DNA of 61,755 bases, filler included, from Globobulimina sp. (taxonomy: Eukaryota), in assembly GCA_003354225.1 (NCBI GenBank). It is 20 parts of 20 records of this genome, joined end to end, with 100 filler letters (N's around TTAATTAATTAA, not from the genome) between each part and the next. Parts side by side here need not be neighbours in the genome. Positions count along the whole stretch, not along the records: positions 1 to 2,996 come from PIVH01004089.1; positions 3,097 to 6,092 come from PIVH01004090.1; positions 6,193 to 9,187 come from PIVH01004091.1; positions 9,288 to 12,282 come from PIVH01004092.1; 16 more parts are not named here. One strand, given 5' to 3'. Each line of letters starts with the position of its first letter. The stretch's first letter is position 1. Shown piece by piece: positions 1 to 9,961 of this stretch. The notes beneath the pieces were generated by a model, which was given only the letters and a program-made list of their open reading frames with translations, was not told the DNA's origin and ran no database searches. Both the position numbers and the translations under genes were made by a program.

Positions 1-2182
1 TTTTTGTGAAATAAGATCAATGATATTTTTGTTTTTATCTGTGCAAATCTGATATTTTTTGTTTTCCTACCAAAAACGCCAATTAGTCAATGTTAAGCTT
101 GTGTCAGATAAACAAGTGGGAATATAATCTTCCCATTCTTGTTTTGCGGACAGAGTGATTGTGTTTGATGGTATTGCCGGTGTGAAGGGCAGAGCATTGC
201 GACCACAATCTTTATTGAATGGAATGAATATGTTTTTGCAAAATATGGACATTACAATGCGAAGAGATCCTACCAATTGGCGACCAAGGATTAATAAAAG
301 ATTTTGTAGGAAGGATATGGAACAGAGGAAGTCAAATAATTATTTTTATCTTGATGGAGCAGATTGAAATTCGTATGTTGATTCTACGTGGTCTGCATCT
401 GGTTTGTTTCAATTAAATGCACTTTGTCTAAATGAATGCGTTGATGAAAATGTGTAACTAATCAGGTTGTCCAGCCTCACTGTTCTATTTTAATGTATAT
501 GCGTAAAACACAGTGTGATGATACGTGTGGTTTCTGTGTCACCGAAAAACTTTCTTCATATTAAAAAGTAAAAACTGTCTTCGTGCTTTTATTAAAGTGA
601 TGAGCAACCAAACACAAACAAAAAGGAAACAACGCATTGTTAAAAATGCGTATGTAGACATTGATTCTGTTGATATAAAGCATGGAGATGGATATTGTGA
701 TTGGATAAGAATTACGAAACAAAAATTGAAGGTATTTGCCAAAAAAACAGATATACCAAAAAAAACAGATACATTGTATAAATAATTTAAAAACACGCCG
801 CTTTTTTACAAAACAGGTGAGACAATCTAAATTATTAGAGGTTAAAATCACTGAAATCGAACTGGTTGTCAATGACACAATAAATAGCTCAGCTGCGAGT
901 GGTCATTTTTTGGTTAAAAAAGAAATAATTGATGATACATTGAAGAAATTATACGGTTTGATTGATAAATGGAAAGGTTTTGATTTATCAGGCACCAAAA
1001 CCAAAAAAGCATTAACTCGATTTCGAGATTATTTTGTGAAATCCAAGAAATGGTTTGATCAAATTAAAAAGAAGGTATTTGGTATATTTTGGTTGTCTGT
1101 GTTTAGGGCCATTCCATCGGTTTGTACATTCAAACTACATTCACTGCATTCACTGCATGTACATTATTTTAATTGTCGCTTATTTTTTGTGTGTAGTCTA
1201 TTGACAGCAATCGTCAATTATTATTGTCTATAATTAAAGAATTATTTGTGCGAAAAATTAAATATAACAATACAAAATTAGTACCGCCCATAAATACGGG
1301 GCCAGTCATTGCTTCTAAAGAGTTACAAAATCATTTATTACATTTAGATGATTGTCATTCAATAAAAATACAAGAATGGAAACATGAATACGCAAATAAT
1401 AAGCAAAGAGCCGCCGCAATACGGCATAAAATCGAATCGCAATTATTTCGTTTGGCGGCAATTGCAAATAGTCATAGTGTCGCCATACATGGCCAAAATA
1501 GTGCTGGTCAGACTCAGAGAGCAACATTCCAAGCCAGAACAGATTCAGACAGCAACATTCCAAACAATAATGGTGTTGATGTACGCACCGTTATTCCAAG
1601 CAATATGAGCAATTCTTATGGTGCAATCCGTGGCATTTCGTATCAAGTCTCCAGTCTAAGATATACTCCGCTTGTACCTCAAAACAGTTTGGTACCGGAT
1701 ACCAGTTCAATTGTATACTCATTTTTGCTTTATGTACTTATCGATAAATAATTAACTTATTAAGTTTACACTTTACACAGATCAATATTTAATATTACCG
1801 ATGCCGATGCCGATGCCGATGCCGATGCAGATTCAGATTCAGATTTTCCATGCAGATGCCGATTCCATGTTTTAATTTATCACTTTGGTAAATTATAAAC
1901 TGTGTATTCTGTATGCTATATATCATTTCTTTTTTACTGTGACACTATCTATAATTCTATATATAATTAGTATTCAAATATTTTATTTTAATTGTCAAAT
2001 ATTTTATAATTAGTATTGTGATTATTCAACAAAAAACAAATACTTCGAAACAATATCATAGCGTCCCTTAAAAAAAAACAAATACTAACATACAAAAAAG
2101 AAATAATTGCCAGCGAACTGAAAGATTTATTTAACTGTGCATCAAAAAAAAATCGTTCAGTTACATTTAATCAAATCACAGC

Positions 2183-2996
2183 ATGGCAACAAACGGTAAA
2201 CTAAAAAAGCGAAAATCACTACCACCGAAACCACGGGCACCAAAACCACCAAAAGTAAGTAAAAATGGCGCAACCAAACGCAAAATAAGCAAACCAAAAA
2301 AACCAACACCTCCCACTCCAATGTCCCCATCTAAACCAAAGAAACCACCAAATCTAAAATCGCCACACAAACCACCAACTCCAACTCCACCACATAGTTA
2401 ATTAATTTATATTATATTTTGTATACAAACAGTTAACAGCAATAAAACACAAACAAAGAGCCAAAAAAAAGCAAAAAAAGAGTGCCACCGCCTCCAATAA
2501 ACCGTATCAAATCCCGTTCAACAATCCGTCCCTCACTACCTCGACAACAGTCGCATTCAACCATTACTATGAAAAACAAAAAGAAGAAACCGCCTCCAAA
2601 ACGAACAAAATCATTAACCAAAGAAGACAAAAACAAAAAGCACAAAAACAAAAAAAAGCGCAAATGTAAGCGACCGCCGCGTGCACCGCCACCGCCCATA
2701 AAACCCATATTTAACCATCCGACCATTGGGGAATTTTACAGTAAGCGCACGCACAAAAAACAACTGCGAACAAGAAAGCTGCCATCCAAACCAAAGGATG
2801 TCAGTATTTATTTCATTTTAATGGCGAAAATCTATCCATATACAATCAGCATATGCTTACAACACAAATTAAGCCAAATATTGGCGAAATTGAGTAGTAT
2901 GTTGGCAGGGAATGAAGAAATATTAGCGCTGGTTCTCGCTGGTCGTAATGACCGCGATCGTTCATTGTCGTCGATCAGCAAGAAAATAAACGCCAA
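2183..2996 (+). CDS. Lys/Pro-rich low-complexity protein, spliced, 3' partial
   Basis: Consecutive K/P-rich ORFs 2183-2401 and 2482-2996 separated by an AT-rich GTTAAT...ACAG intron-like stretch near 2397-2439; no recognisable domain. Confidence 0.4.
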
Positions 2997-3096
2997 NNNN
3001 NNNNNNNNNNNNNNNNNNNNNNNNNNNNNNNNNNNNNNNNTTAATTAATTAANNNNNNNNNNNNNNNNNNNNNNNNNNNNNNNNNNNNNNNNNNNN
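2997..3096. other. Artificial contig-joining spacer N44-TTAATTAATTAA-N44 (first of 19)
   Basis: Identical 100-nt spacer, giving stops in all six frames, starts at 2997, 6093, 9188, 12283, 15377, 18471, 21565, 24658, 27751, 30844, 33936, 37028, 40120, 43212, 46304, 49395, 52486, 55576 and 58666; contig lengths fall from 2996 to 2990 bp. Confidence 0.99.
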
Positions 3097-3232
3097 AATA
3101 TATTATCTACTAATATATATATTATCTAAACTAATATATATATTATCGATAATATATATATTAGCGAGCTCATATATATATTATCAAAAAATCATATATA
3201 TTATCCAAAAAATTAGGTAATATATGTATTAC
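3097..3232. repeat. Degenerate ~20-bp tandem repeat with a TATATATATTATC core
   Basis: About six spaced copies of (A)TATATATATTA(T/G)C at the contig start; related copies recur near 3415-3435 and 3476-3490. Confidence 0.7.
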
Positions 3233-3375
3233 ATGTCTGGAGAAAGCAGACGGGTCACCCGGTACATTAACTGTAGACAGTTTTCTAGTTGAGTAACTTT
3301 TTTAATATATGATCCCGTGCCGAACTCCTACTTATGCTACCTACTTTCTAACTGACCTAGACGTATGGGGAAACA

Positions 3376-3469
3376 TTTTCCATATGACCAGTGGAGAGCG
3401 GTAGGCACATATGGATCATATATATATTACCTATTTTTGCCTTTAGCTCTCCACAGGTCATATGGAAAA
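3376..3469. repeat. Long imperfect inverted repeat (hairpin)
   Basis: TTTTCCATATGACC-a-GTGGAGAGC-ggt-AGGCA (3376-3407) pairs with TGCCT-tta-GCTCTCCAC-a-GGTCATATGGAAAA (3438-3469). Confidence 0.85.
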
Positions 3470-3490
3470 CTTTTGATAATATATATACTA

Positions 3491-4294
3491 CAGTGAAGTA
3501 AGCTTAAAATGACGTTTTTTCGAACATCTTCATAATGCGTTCGTAACGTCTCCCAGCAAAGCTCAAGCATTGATGATCATCTTCTAAATTATCGTGGTTT
3601 CAACATGGTTTGATTACAAGTTCAAATTTGGTTAATTCAAAGGCAGAAACCTGCCCAAATATAAATTTGTATGCCCCAAGTACCTTAAATATTGGTGAAT
3701 GAACAATGGATCATTACACATCGTATAAAGAATGGAATTTATGGGATTAATGTAAAATTAATCATTGTGAGTTCTACTCCATTATAGATATCAACCGGCG
3801 AAAAGATATAATGGAGTAGAACTGAACCAGTATGGCTTGTGGCAGATCATGGTACACCAAACTAGCATCCAGCAAAAGTATTTTACAAGATACACAATCA
3901 GATTTTACTCATATGTACGTTTACGTGGAGATAGTTTTTTTGTATGCATTTCTCGCTGGAGTTATTGTATTTTACAAAACAAGCCTTAAACAACAAACAA
4001 ACACATAAACGCAACAAATATAAACAATCACCAAATACACTTTTTATAAAATAATATATAATATAACTATTCCTTGAGCTCGTTTATGTTTAACATCTAT
4101 TCGTTAAATCCTTGCACTTAACAAATCCAGCGACGACCTAAAAAAAAAGCTAAAAACACAGAATAAGTTCATACTCTTATTTAGTATTCTTTGGAAGGAT
4201 ACTACTCAAGGAGTGAAAGAATTTTGTCAAAAAGTCTTGATCCTTCTGAGAAATCACCTGCACGAAAAAACTTCATTTTAAGCTTACTTCACTG
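3491..4294. mobile_element. Non-autonomous Tc1/mariner-superfamily-type DNA transposon (MITE-like), 804 bp
   Basis: 32-bp TIRs CAGTGAAGTAAGCTTAAAATGA(C/A)GTTTTTTCG at 3491-3522 and 4263-4294 with one mismatch; TA target duplication at 3489-3490 and 4295-4296; CAGTG termini; no transposase ORF. Confidence 0.85.
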
Positions 4295-4433
4295 TATATA
4301 TTATATGGAAAGTTTTTTTAAAGAGTTCAATTTAGCTTCTGTCCAATTGATTTTCTTAAATTTCTTTTTACAAATAAACACCCGCCATGGTTGAAACAAT
4401 GTAGCATTCAAAGATTTTTTAGAGTAACATTCA

Positions 4434-4885
4434 AGGATTGGTTAAGATTGGTTAGGATTGGTTAGGATTGGTTAGGATTGGTTAGGATTGGTTAGGATTG
4501 GTTAGGATTGGTTAGGATAGGTTAGGATAGGTTAGGATAGGTTAGGATTGGTTAGGATTGGTTAGGATTGGTTAGGATTGGTTAGGATTGGTTAGGATTG
4601 GTTAGGATTGATTAGGATTGGTTAGGATTGATTAGGATTGGTTAGGATTGATTAGGATAGGTTAGGATTGATTAGGATAGGTTAGGATTGGTTAGGATTG
4701 GTTTGGATTGGTTAAGATTGATTAGGATAGGTTAGGATTGGTTACAATTGGTTAGGATTGATTAAGATTGGTTAGGATAGGTTAGGATTGGATAGGTTAG
4801 GATTTGTTAGGATTGGTTAGGATTGGTTACGATTGGTTAGGAAAGGTTAGGATTGGATAGGTTAGGATTGGTTACAATTGGTTAG
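4434..4885 (+). repeat. Telomere-like 10-bp tandem array (GGTTAGGATT)n, about 45 units
   Basis: Read directly; variants include GGTTAGGATA, GATTAGGATT and GGTTACAATT; strongly strand-asymmetric and contains TTAGG. Confidence 0.95.
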
Positions 4886-4889
4886 AAAA

Positions 4890-5742
4890 TAAGGCAAATT
4901 TTATACGTTATTCTTGTCAGTGTATACTGGCACAATTTTAGATGAAATGTTAGTATTATTCCAAGAAAAGAAACAAGTTTATATTGTATTGGATAATTCA
5001 TTTGAAATTATTAATAATTATAAAAGGATTAACGACGCAAATCATGCATTTATAAACACCGACAGATACAGCTTCGACTCAGATGTCGTTGCTTTGTATG
5101 ATTCAATGATTTTGGATCAATGTATCGAGATTTTACAATATATTCAGGATGATTTAAATTATAATTGTTTTAAGTATCATTTTATGATTGATTGCCTATT
5201 ATTTTTCCGTGATAACACATTCATAAAATACAAAGACTGGACACGCAAAATGGTAATCTGTATAGGAACAGGCACTTCGCATTCCTGTCCATTAGCAAAT
5301 CTATGCTTATATGGATATGAGATTAAGAATTTAGATATCTTTTTACATTCAATTTCGTTTAAGTCCCATTGCGATATTCCTTTAAGGAAACGGTATATCG
5401 ACGATTTAAAAACAATCATCCATATCAATGATGACCAATTTGGCGATGAAATTGAAAAATTAGGTTATTTAGAAAATATATCCAAAAAACCTTGAACTAA
5501 AAACAAAATATTCGAAAAGATCTATATTTTTGGATATGTATACAATTATATGTCATCAAACAAACACAATCGTAACGTTTATGCATGAAAAGCCATTGAA
5601 TTTACACATTAATTTGCATTTTAATTCGAATAATCCTTTTAAAACACAAATCATTCACAAAGACAATTTAAGAGTATATTACCTGTTGACTTTGCAGAGA
5701 AAATCAAAATATCTCTTTGCAATAAAACAGATGATAAATTAA
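4890..5742 (+). pseudogene. Penelope-like retroelement reverse transcriptase, 5'-truncated and frameshifted
   Basis: ORF 4914-5495 has RT motifs DVVALYDSM, GTGTSHSCPLANLCL and RYIDD; the next frame gives FLD...IVTFMHEKPLNLHINLHFNSNNP, matching the PLE thumb/linker pattern FLD...T..Y.KP....YL...S.HP; no GIY-YIG seen. Confidence 0.8.
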
Positions 5743-5993
5743 TGAGATATTTAAATTAATCTTTTTAGTTTATTTTTGTATACTTTTTCCTTTATTTAAT
5801 TTTTTCATAATTTCTATTTTTTTAGTTCGGTTTTTATGAAATCATACACATTCGTTTTACATGGTGTTTTTATGGTGTTTTTATGTTATCGTTTGTGTTT
5901 TTATTATGTTTCACAAAAAGTGTGACAGACTCAAAGTTTTTTTGAATTTTTATCAAGAAACTTTCAGTATTTTCCTTTCACCTTAGTTTATAA

Positions 5994-6031
5994 AGTGTGA
6001 ATCAGTCCTGTTTTGGACGAAACTAGTCACT
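5994..6031 (+). ncRNA. Minimal type I hammerhead ribozyme-like motif with variant core, Penelope-associated
   Basis: AGT-GTGAATCA-GTCC-TGTTTT-GGAC-GAAAC-TA-GTC^ACT: stem II GTCC/GGAC, palindromic stem III ACTAGT, GUC triplet, stem I AGT/ACT; same strand as and downstream of the PLE RT. Confidence 0.65.
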
Positions 6032-6624
6032 ATTTTAATTTACAATTGTTTAAATATAGATATTATCTATCACTTTAGACTCACGTCTCCCCNNNNNNNN
6101 NNNNNNNNNNNNNNNNNNNNNNNNNNNNNNNNNNNNTTAATTAATTAANNNNNNNNNNNNNNNNNNNNNNNNNNNNNNNNNNNNNNNNNNNNAAAATAAA
6201 ATTATGCTATGTATTACTTATTGCATTATTACATATTACATATTGCATATTACATATAACTCAAAAACATACATTTTTAGTTTTTGTAATAGCAAGACAC
6301 TGTTCTCAATAACAATCATTCCTCCCATTTCGTCCCAGTTTGAAAACAAAAACTTACGTTTTTGACAGATTGCTAAATGTGCGCTTGTTGCAAGTTATTT
6401 AATTTAAAATATAGGAGTGTAATAATTACGATTTACGATATCGATGATTTCACAAACGAGAATGAAAAAAATGACAATTCTACGTAGGTAATAAACTTAA
6501 AAATGATATCATCGATTCCAAAAATCTCTTTTACTGTACATGTAACAAAACAACACAAACAAGCTAGCCTTAAAAAGTTTTAACAGATTGAAAAAAAAGA
6601 AACAGATTGAAAGTTATAACGCTT

Positions 6625-8979
6625 TTAATAACAGATTGAAAGATAAAAAACGAGCAACACATACAACGGACGAACAATAATTTGATTTGCATCATCAGCT
6701 TCTTGTGTGGTTGTAGTTGAGTTAGTGGCTCCGGATGTTGTTGTCATGTTAGTTACTGGATTTAATCGGATTCGGGCTAAATATCCATCGCCACCATTTA
6801 ATAGGTTATCCGCAAATGTTAAATACATAAAATGATCCTTTCCGAGATTAATACTTGTTAATAAACCATAATTATTTGTATTAATACTAATAACACCAAT
6901 ATCACCATGCTCGGCGTTGGAAATCGCAATACGAACACCATCAACCTTTCCCCCTCGAATGTCATTATAATAGCATTGCCATAAATTACCCCAATTATCA
7001 AATTCAATGTCAGCAATTATTGTGCCATCATCAATAACACTTTCATCAATGTTACTCGTATCATACGTTAAGGCATTATTCAATGATGCATCAGTTTCTT
7101 CATATTGCATATTACCAAAATCCCATTCTAATGTTGGATTATTTGGACTAAATCTCTCATTTAAAACACCCAATAAATTCACACTAAATACATTGCCAGA
7201 AACATCATTGGTAATACCAGAGTAACCATACTCGGACGTAATCAAAGACTCTACATTTTCATTATTAAAATTAGAGGCTGATACTCCCCAAATACCATTA
7301 ATCCCATTTTGCGGATTTACAGCTGCCAATGCTATATCACTGAGATATAAATAATCATTAAAATAATGTATAGAATAAGGACCACCAAAACGTAACCCAT
7401 TAACTTTATAAATCTCATCTATAATCTCCCCAGTTTCAATATCAATTTTTGCAATTCCTTGCGAGTCCTGTAATGCAACGTAACCATTCCCTTCAGAATC
7501 AAGTGTTATTCCATACGGACGCCCCGCAATTTCGCCAATAGCAACGATATTATTATTCTCTAATTTGTATAATCTTCCTCTGGAAACGTCTAAAAATAAT
7601 AAATAACCGGTCTCATTATCACCAACCCATACACTGTCTTGTAACTGTCCATATTTTGCAGAAATCAATATTTCAATCTCAAAATCACTGATCATGTCAA
7701 TAAATCGCCAGATATTAATAAACGAAACATCGCCAGATGCCACTGTCAAAATGTTATTTACAGTTAATAGCGTCGGATCATGCGACCACAGAGCAATATT
7801 TTCGTCTAAATTGGCCACCGAAAAATTCAATTCAGGCATAAATTCTTCCAATAATGCAACAAATGGAGCATTCATAAATAGCCCCCACGCAGCCTGTCCG
7901 GCTCCAGTGTCTGGATTATATCTGTCATTGTAGGTTGATACAGTTATATTTGAAGCGCGTTGGGCATCACCCAAACGAAAATATTCCTCCTGTAGTCTCC
8001 AAACCCATGGTAAATAATTCTGATAGGATTTGCCCATATTACCAATATCACCCCACATTACAGCTGTGCTACGAAATAACAATGACTCGTCACAATTTGG
8101 TAACAGCTCAATACGCGAGGCACCGCAATCATTTTTTATTAACGGTAGAATAGGATCATTACCGTATAGAGTTGCATTGAGAAACGCTTCTAAATCCGCG
8201 GTTATTGTGGCAAATTCGTCAATATATTCATAAGTTAATGTATTCTCGACCTCCCCCAATGCATTCTCACCGATATAGGCTGATAATGGTGTAGCCCAAT
8301 CACAGTCACACGAGGCATTGGCTAATATTTGACGCATCATATCGATACTTCGCGCGATGACAGTGTCAGTTAAGCCTTTTGCAGCAAAAAAAGCATTATT
8401 TAATCCATTGTGTTGCATTCGCAAACTAACCGCTGCCATTAATGTAATTAATTTATCGCCAGAATCAAATTGAATAAGGTCTCGATACCACGCAGTTTGT
8501 TCTAAAAGATAATAAGATGTGGTGACGGCATCCAATGCATGAATATTGGTATGATAATATTTGGAATGGGTTAAAATGTTTAATGGGTAATTTTTTTCTG
8601 CTTCGTCTACATAGCGTAATATTGTATCGATGGAAATATTCGTATCATTCAATATTTTTAGCCCAGAATCTGATGTAAATATTTTATACAATGTAACAAC
8701 TAAAGGTCTACCATTTACTAACGGTTCTAAACCAAACGCATGATGATTAAACTCGTAATCATTAATGTCATATTCTGATAACGCATTTGATGCATGCGAC
8801 CAGGCATTTTGAGCAAATAAAAATGGTTCACCTGTTCCCATTGCTGCATAAACAACGCATGTCGCCAAATATTGGATTACTAATATAAATACTGTATATA
8901 TATATACATATTTGAATGTGGTACATGTATAAGAAAATAGGAGTACATATACAAATCCGTGCTGTATATATTGATGCAT
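6625..8979 (-). CDS. Class I phosphodiesterase-like domain (HD motif lost) fused to an SMP-30/gluconolactonase-like beta-propeller; predicted signal peptide and GPI-anchor tail; start uncertain
   Basis: PDE motifs YHTNIHALD, AAVSLRMQHNGLNN, GDIGN and WVWRLQEEYFRLGD; propeller motifs such as PYGITLDSEGNGYVA and ADIEFDNWGNLW; hydrophobic N-terminus; Thr-rich spacer followed by a terminal hydrophobic tail. Confidence 0.8.
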   Translation of the reverse strand: MHQYIQHGFVYVLLFSYTCTTFKYVYIYTVFILVIQYLATCVVYAAMGTGEPFLFAQNAWSHASNALSEYDINDYEFNHHAFGLEPLVNGRPLVVTLYKIFTSDSGLKILNDTNISIDTILRYVDEAEKNYPLNILTHSKYYHTNIHALDAVTTSYYLLEQTAWYRDLIQFDSGDKLITLMAAVSLRMQHNGLNNAFFAAKGLTDTVIARSIDMMRQILANASCDCDWATPLSAYIGENALGEVENTLTYEYIDEFATITADLEAFLNATLYGNDPILPLIKNDCGASRIELLPNCDESLLFRSTAVMWGDIGNMGKSYQNYLPWVWRLQEEYFRLGDAQRASNITVSTYNDRYNPDTGAGQAAWGLFMNAPFVALLEEFMPELNFSVANLDENIALWSHDPTLLTVNNILTVASGDVSFINIWRFIDMISDFEIEILISAKYGQLQDSVWVGDNETGYLLFLDVSRGRLYKLENNNIVAIGEIAGRPYGITLDSEGNGYVALQDSQGIAKIDIETGEIIDEIYKVNGLRFGGPYSIHYFNDYLYLSDIALAAVNPQNGINGIWGVSASNFNNENVESLITSEYGYSGITNDVSGNVFSVNLLGVLNERFSPNNPTLEWDFGNMQYEETDASLNNALTYDTSNIDESVIDDGTIIADIEFDNWGNLWQCYYNDIRGGKVDGVRIAISNAEHGDIGVISINTNNYGLLTSINLGKDHFMYLTFADNLLNGGDGYLARIRLNPVTNMTTTSGATNSTTTTQEADDANQIIVRPLYVLLVFYLSICY

Positions 8980-9728
8980 ATGTAAAAAGATTGTGATACA
9001 TACAGATTCGTTTGACAAAAGACATATTATAAGAGGATTTATATTGTAATTAATTATAACAAGTATATAGTAGTGGGGCCACATTCAGCCAGGGTCTAAG
9101 TCTGGCTCCATACTCACCGATTGCTTAAACATCCCGGCGAGGAAATAAAGTTGGTGGGGTCTGATGCCCCTTGGAAGTTTGAAGGATNNNNNNNNNNNNN
9201 NNNNNNNNNNNNNNNNNNNNNNNNNNNNNNNTTAATTAATTAANNNNNNNNNNNNNNNNNNNNNNNNNNNNNNNNNNNNNNNNNNNNCGTTACTATTATA
9301 AAATACAGTGATCCAGAAATACGATATTCGAATTTATGCCATTTGGTGCAAGGGTTTGCAAATTGCAAGTGATATTTTCCTTGCTACAAAACTGAGTTTG
9401 TCATTACAGAGGAATTTTTCGACACACCTTCTCCTTTGCCATGGGAGCGTGTGATTGATAATGATGGATGAAAAATTTTTAATTTACCTGGAATTGCACC
9501 GAATGGATCAACTGCAAATGTTATCTTTACGAATGATAGCCAGCAAAACGTACTCAACACGTACAATAACGTTATCCGATAATACATAATACCAATTAAT
9601 GCAAGTTTGCGACTTTAGATGATTGGCTTTGCGAATCTGACAGAAAGCAGCTGATCAACCAACTAGACAGTCACAGAATATATATGTTTCAGTATCAGTT
9701 CAAAGCAAAAATTATATAAAAAAAAGAA

Positions 9729-9961
9729 TGGTTCGGGTAGGATTCAAACCTACATCGTTGCGAATTGGGTCCTGCATTGGTTGAACTGTATTATGCGGAC
9801 AAATTACGGCCTGTAAATCCTTGGATTTTCAGGGGATCTCAAAACCGCGAGATCCTAACGGCCAAAGAGAGAGTTGGTTAGTAACCACCATATTGATGCA
9901 GGTAAACCTGCTGAGACGACCGAAATCGTAGACGCATTCTCTATCATTGAGATACCGAACC
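9729..9961 (-). tRNA. tRNA-Arg(ACG) with a 161-nt intron (9765-9925) at the canonical 37/38 position
   Basis: Acceptor stem GGTTCGG/CCGAACC plus A73; D arm TCTC-AATGATA-GAGA; anticodon arm TGCGT-CT-ACG-A^T-TCGCA; T arm GTAGG-TTTGAAT-CCTAC; followed by TTC and a T8 Pol III terminator. Confidence 0.8.

Noticed and set aside
67-1860. Functional assignment for the contig 1 ORFs and the (GATGCC)n run at about 1800-1829
   Set aside because: Probably exons of unknown spliced genes with a low-complexity PMPM tract; no motif supports a call.
4434-4885. CRISPR array
   Set aside because: It is a pure 10-bp tandem repeat with no unique spacers and no cas genes.
9075-9165. HDV-like ribozyme (GGGGCCA.../TGGCTCC as P1)
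   Set aside because: No P3 pairing, no P1.1 GG and no convincing J4/2-P2 on either strand.
9765-9925. Group I intron or hammerhead ribozyme as the identity of the tRNA intron
   Set aside because: No terminal G or recognisable P7 elements. The plus-strand CTGAGACGACCGAAA lacks a CUGANGA core and a pairable stem II.
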